DNA of 64,000 nt from Candidatus Omnitrophota bacterium. Lineage in GTDB: Bacteria > Omnitrophota > Gorgyraeia > Zapsychrales > Zapsychraceae. The notes beneath the pieces are model-generated. The model did not search any database and was not told the origin of the DNA. It was given only the letters and a program-made list of their open reading frames with translations. The DNA lies in the NCBI GenBank assembly GCA_021108075.1, contig JAIORP010000171.1, positions 68,041-132,040 of the forward strand, given 5' to 3'. Made by a program: the position numbers and the translations under genes. Below, in pieces: positions 60,170-64,000 of this stretch; the stretch's first letter is position 1; each line of letters begins with the position of its first letter.

Positions 60170-62086
60170 TCACCTGTCTTCTTGGTCTAAATTTTTTAAT
60201 CCCTTTGGAATGGTGAAAAAGAACGTTGTTCCTTCGCCCAAGGCTGAATCGATCCAGATTTCTCCACCATGATCATCAATAACGCGTTTCACAATACTCA
60301 AACCCGCCCCGGTCCCATCATATTCCCCTTCTTTATGCAGGCGTTTAAAAATGCCAAATACTTTATCATGAAATCGAGGATCAATCCCGATACCGTTATC
60401 TTTAACATAAAACTCATGGGCATCTTCCCTTTCGCTATATCCAATGACGATGACCGGTGATTGTTCATTATTTTTCGATGAGAATTTGATACCATTATTT
60501 ATTAGGTTTAAAAAAACTTCCCCCAATTTAATGCTGTCACACATGATGACAGGCATTATTCCCTGAACACGCAAATCGACATGATGCTCTTTGATATCAA
60601 ACTCGATTCTTTCGACAACAGAATCAATCAGCTGGCGAATATCTGTTTTTTCATAAGGGTTTCGAATACGCGAGATCCGGGACAATGTCAGCAAATCATC
60701 GATGAGCTTACTTAAACGGTCCGCGCCGTAACGAATTTCTTTCAAATAATCCTGACCCTCTTCATTTAATTGTTGTCCATAGTCCTCTTCTAAAAAACTT
60801 GCGAAAGAAGAAATCCCCCTCAATGGAGCGCGCAAATCATGACTAGCGGTATAGACAAAACTATCCAATTCGAGATTGACTTTTTCTAATTCTCTTGTTC
60901 TCTGTCGGACCTTTTCTTCCAAAGAGTCATAAGACCCTTTCAAGCGGGCCGTCATCCTATCAAAAGCTTGCGAAAGCTGACCAATCTCATCAGAACTCTG
61001 AATACCCGTCCGGTGATTCAAATCACCATGCATGATAATCTCTGTACCGCGCTGCAAGGCAATGATGGGTCGCGAAATGCGCCGGCCGATCCAAAAAGAG
61101 ATTACATAGATAATAAAAATAATCAATATGCCGACTCCTGAAAAAATATACGTCAATTCGATCAAAGGTGCCAGGGCTTCAGAGACAGACATTTCAGCAA
61201 TCAAGGCCCAGCCCATTTCGGGAATGGGCACAAATGTACCCAAAACACTATGTTGACGATAGTCATCATAGACTTGAACAAAACTTGATCTTGTCAGATC
61301 AGCAGAAAATGCTGCGATGGTTGCTTCTGTTTCAACCTTTTTCTTCAAGATCGTACTCTCATGACTGAAACGGGAATCTGAACGCATCAATAAGTCTCTA
61401 CCAACTAAATACGTGTCGCCTGTCTGCCCTAATCCGGTTAAGTCTTTCATCACGTTGTTAATTTCGAGAATACCCAGTTGCAAGGCGACAACAGCATAAA
61501 CCTGTTGTTTCTCATCCAGGACAGGAGCTCCGATAAACATCGCCGGAGACCTGCTCGGCTCATAATAGGAAAAGTCTACGGTTGTGACTTCCTCTGTATC
61601 AAGAACTTTTTGCCAAATTTGAGCTAATCCACTTTTTCTATGCGGGCCGGACCGCAAGTTTGTTCCTAAAGGCGTATCATTCGTCGCCCGATAAAGCACA
61701 TGACCATAAGGGGCACTGATAAAAAAAATATCATGATACCCGTATGTTTCTAAATAGCTCCTGAAAAAAGGATCCATTTCTTGGTATATTTCTTTATAAC
61801 GTTTTTGATTCAAATCGTAAAATCTTTCCTTCTTGTAATAAACCAAAATCTTTTGAAAAGATTGCTTAACGTCCTCTGTCTGACCCAAAATGGATAAATT
61901 CTTTTTGCGCTCAGAGATATACGACCGTATCCAACTGGCCTTATTCCGGGCAACCACGTCCAAATGATTTGAAACTTCTTCTTTAAGATTATTTGCGGAG
62001 ACAAAATATAAAACAATACCTGCAGTGACTGTCAGGAAGGAAAAACTGATTAAAGAAACAAAAAAAATCTTATTGCGTATACTCAT
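60170..62086 (-). CDS. sensor histidine kinase (periplasmic Cache-like sensor, HAMP, HisKA, HATPase_c)
   Basis: Two TM helices flanking a ~270-aa periplasmic domain, H-box YTASHDLRAPLRGI, and N/G1/G2 boxes (DNGIGI..., GTGAGLSIV). Confidence 0.8.
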   Translation of the reverse strand: MSIRNKIFFVSLISFSFLTVTAGIVLYFVSANNLKEEVSNHLDVVARNKASWIRSYISERKKNLSILGQTEDVKQSFQKILVYYKKERFYDLNQKRYKEIYQEMDPFFRSYLETYGYHDIFFISAPYGHVLYRATNDTPLGTNLRSGPHRKSGLAQIWQKVLDTEEVTTVDFSYYEPSRSPAMFIGAPVLDEKQQVYAVVALQLGILEINNVMKDLTGLGQTGDTYLVGRDLLMRSDSRFSHESTILKKKVETEATIAAFSADLTRSSFVQVYDDYRQHSVLGTFVPIPEMGWALIAEMSVSEALAPLIELTYIFSGVGILIIFIIYVISFWIGRRISRPIIALQRGTEIIMHGDLNHRTGIQSSDEIGQLSQAFDRMTARLKGSYDSLEEKVRQRTRELEKVNLELDSFVYTASHDLRAPLRGISSFASFLEEDYGQQLNEEGQDYLKEIRYGADRLSKLIDDLLTLSRISRIRNPYEKTDIRQLIDSVVERIEFDIKEHHVDLRVQGIMPVIMCDSIKLGEVFLNLINNGIKFSSKNNEQSPVIVIGYSEREDAHEFYVKDNGIGIDPRFHDKVFGIFKRLHKEGEYDGTGAGLSIVKRVIDDHGGEIWIDSALGEGTTFFFTIPKGLKNLDQEDR

Positions 62087-62425
62087 ACGATCTGCCGATT
62101 CGTTAATAATATTTTTAATTAATATTCATATTATATCGTCTATGTCTCAATTAAGATAGCCGAGGTTTCTCAACCATCACACAACCCTTGCAAACAAATA
62201 AGTTGTGTATGTTTCATCCATTACCGCCGATTTTGACACTTAAATTCATGATTTAAACAGCACAAGTAACATTTACACTATAATACTGTCTCTTTCAGCT
62301 ATATTCGACGGTGGTTAACATTTTTAATTGCGGCTGTTCCGGTTTGCGTCAACCTGGAATTGATTCGGACAACAATGATATTATATAGATAATTCAAGCT
62401 CTGTCACATGTAAATAAATAAATAA

Positions 62426-62526
62426 TACCAAATCCATTAAATAATTACCAAAATCATTATGATATTCTCGACGTTTAAACGAGAATATTGGTATTCGAAT
62501 AGGACAATTATTTAATGGATTGGGTA
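62426..62526 (+). mobile_element. MITE-like element, subtype B (101 bp)
   Basis: TACCAAATCCATTAAATAATTACCAAAATCATTATGATATTCTCGACGTTTAAACGAGAATATTGG...GGACAATTATTTAATGGATTGGGTA with a TAA/TAA TSD. Confidence 0.8.
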
Positions 62527-62666
62527 TAACAAAGGGCCTGACTTCACAATCAAAACTGAACCTTATTACGACAAACGCAATAACTGTCATGTCAATCATC
62601 AACCGCTGTCATCAGGCCAGAAAACGGTCCTTGACCAAGACATTATATTGAGCGGTGTTATAACAC

Positions 62667-62703
62667 AAAAAAAGCCCTATAACCAATGATATGGCTATAG
62701 GGC
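62667..62703 (-). terminator. rho-independent terminator after the charged-repeat protein gene
   Basis: Minus-strand RNA has an 11-bp stem GCCCUAUAGCC/GGUUAUAGGGC (one G-U), an 8-nt loop and a 7-U tract, 18 nt after the stop. Confidence 0.7.
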
Positions 62704-62720
62704 GGCTTGAGAAACGGATG

Positions 62721-63233
62721 CTAGGGGTTTCTTCGTTGCTGTTGGCGATAATGACGTCTTCGTTCCCTAAAATCTTCCCGGCGGTCCCGAATATCTTCAC
62801 GACGATCCCGAATGTCTTCGCGACGATCAGCCCGAATATTTCTTTTTAATTTCTTCATTCGTGCTCTAATTTTCCGCGCTTTACCATATTCTCCGTTTTT
62901 TATCGCTTCTCTAAAATTACGACGCATTTGACGCATCATTCTGTTCTTTATCTTATCATCACGTCTATCCCGAATATCTTCACGACGGTCCCGAATATCT
63001 TCGCGGCGGTCCCAACGGTCTTCCAGACGGTCATACTTATCTTCCCAACGATCCCGCCAGCCTCTGTGTATTCGAGGCCTGCTTTGAAACTCTGATGTGC
63101 CCGATGCCCCCTCTGTCGCGGGGGTTGCGCCCTCTTCGACACTCTCAGCAAAAACATTCGCGGCGAACAAAAGAATCATTAAAAGCAGGCACCCGACCCC
63201 ACCTCTCCGCCAAAATCTAACCATTTCACCCAT
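62721..63233 (-). CDS. secreted highly charged repeat protein (RREDIRD heptad blocks flanking a K/R-rich core)
   Basis: Signal peptide MGEMVRFWRRGGVGCLLLMILLFAANVFA. Two DRREDIRDRREDIRDRR blocks are encoded by 21-bp tandem DNA repeats (62771-62825 and 62961-63025). Confidence 0.35.
   Translation of the reverse strand: MGEMVRFWRRGGVGCLLLMILLFAANVFAESVEEGATPATEGASGTSEFQSRPRIHRGWRDRWEDKYDRLEDRWDRREDIRDRREDIRDRRDDKIKNRMMRQMRRNFREAIKNGEYGKARKIRARMKKLKRNIRADRREDIRDRREDIRDRREDFRERRRHYRQQQRRNP
62961..63025. repeat. 21-bp tandem repeat x3 inside the CDS (CG(G/A)CGGTCCCGAATATCTTC(A/G)); a second x2.5 block lies at 62771-62825
   Basis: Direct reading of the sequence; it encodes the REDIRDR heptads. 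Confidence 0.7.
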
Positions 63234-63331
63234 CTTGAACCTCCTATTATTAAGGTTTATATTGCGCTCAACTTAACGAAGATAAACCCCTTTTTCTCAA
63301 AAAAGTTCCGCGATCAGTCAATGGGATGATT

Positions 63332-63362
63332 ATACCAATTCCATATAAATAATTACCAACTC
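63332..63362 (+). repeat. truncated MITE fragment (left terminus only, ~31 bp), overlapping the secretin gene's stop codon
   Basis: TTA|TACCAATTCCATATAAATAATTACCAACTC matches the C-type left end and then diverges. The last four secretin codons (V S W stop) are encoded within it. Confidence 0.55.
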
Positions 63363-64000
63363 ACATCTTGTTCAATCCAGGGAGTCCCGACGTAACCTTC
63401 ACCCGTAATTATCTGCGGTGTTAAAAAGATAATGATTTCGGTCTTTTTGGTCATATCACTTCGGCTTTTAAACGCTAAGCCAAAAACCGGAATCTGACTT
63501 AAGACAGGCACCTGCTTGGATATCTCAATGGTTTCTTCCTTTATCAATCCGCCAATAATAATACCTGTTCCATTCTTGATCGTTACCGTGGTTTCGGCTT
63601 CAGACGTTTCAACGATAGGAATGGTATTGTTGTTGCTGGTTGTAATAATATCCACCTTTGAACTGATCTCAGGCTTAATTTTCATTGTAATAAAATCGTC
63701 TTCGTGAATTGTGGGCGTGACAAAAAGTTTAACACCCACATCAATGAAGTTGACACTTTCAGCTGTCGTGGTCGGTCCTGAGGCTGTTGTCGTTGTGGTA
63801 GATGTGACATACGGCTCATTTGACCCCACTAGTATTTTTGCCTCCTTGTTATTTAAAACCGTAATTCTCGGGCTGGATAAAATATTCGTTTCGCCGACCG
63901 TCTCAAGGGCGTTCAGCACAACCGAAAAATCATCGCTTGAGAGCGTTCCCACACTGATCTGTCCGCGTTTTTCGACAGAAGATAGGACATCGAAATTGCT
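63352..64000 (-). CDS. second secretin-family protein (GspD/PilQ-like; C-terminal part only, N-terminus beyond the window end)
   Basis: Secretin C-domain: ...LSSPRITVLNNKEAKILVG...IIGGL...VPVLSQIPVFGLAFK...IIIFLTPQIITGE, parallel to the PilQ ending at 7949. Confidence 0.6.

Noticed and set aside
1-64000. Scan for tRNA/rRNA/tmRNA and CRISPR arrays
   Set aside because: No GTTCGAATC/GTTCAAATC T-loop-containing cloverleaf candidates outside MITE sequence, no rRNA-like conserved blocks, and no regularly spaced direct repeats with unique spacers. The only repeat family present has inverted-repeat/TSD structure, not CRISPR structure.

Overview
The window is a minus-strand-dominated stretch of a low-GC diderm bacterial chromosome; the lineage cannot be assigned from sequence alone. 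It is mostly conserved housekeeping syntenies (plsC, pgm-family, nadD-proAB-obg-rplU-rng; mreBCD-mrdA-rodA; aroA; ileS-lspA-lgt; mtnP; proC; an addAB-like pair; a GldAFG-like ABC transporter; a two-component system). A complete type IVa pilus locus is embedded in it: pilA, minor pilins, a PilX/PilY1-like protein, pilMNOPQ, and separately pilC plus two pilB paralogs. Two things stand out. First, a family of about 10 intergenic 80-102 bp inverted-repeat elements (termini TACCAAATCCATTAAATAAT / ATTATTTAATGGATTTGGTA) flanked by 3-bp TTA/TAA/TCA direct duplications, in three internal subtypes, with one copy nested inside another; this is direct evidence of a transposition-derived MITE family. Second, the pilus ATPase module holds two full-length PilB paralogs bracketed by two free-standing ~150-aa proteins that carry the MshEN-type c-di-GMP-binding motif (RLGxxLLxxGLIxxxxLxxxLxxQ) better than the ATPases themselves, and has no PilT. 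Also noted: a second secretin gene (partial) followed by a secreted protein built of RREDIRD repeats; an atypical stand-alone receiver domain (D-to-N at the phospho-acceptor); absence of rpmA between rplU and obg; a K+-channel/RCK gene hemmed in by MITE copies; and two intrinsic terminators. No tRNA, rRNA or CRISPR arrays were recognisable.
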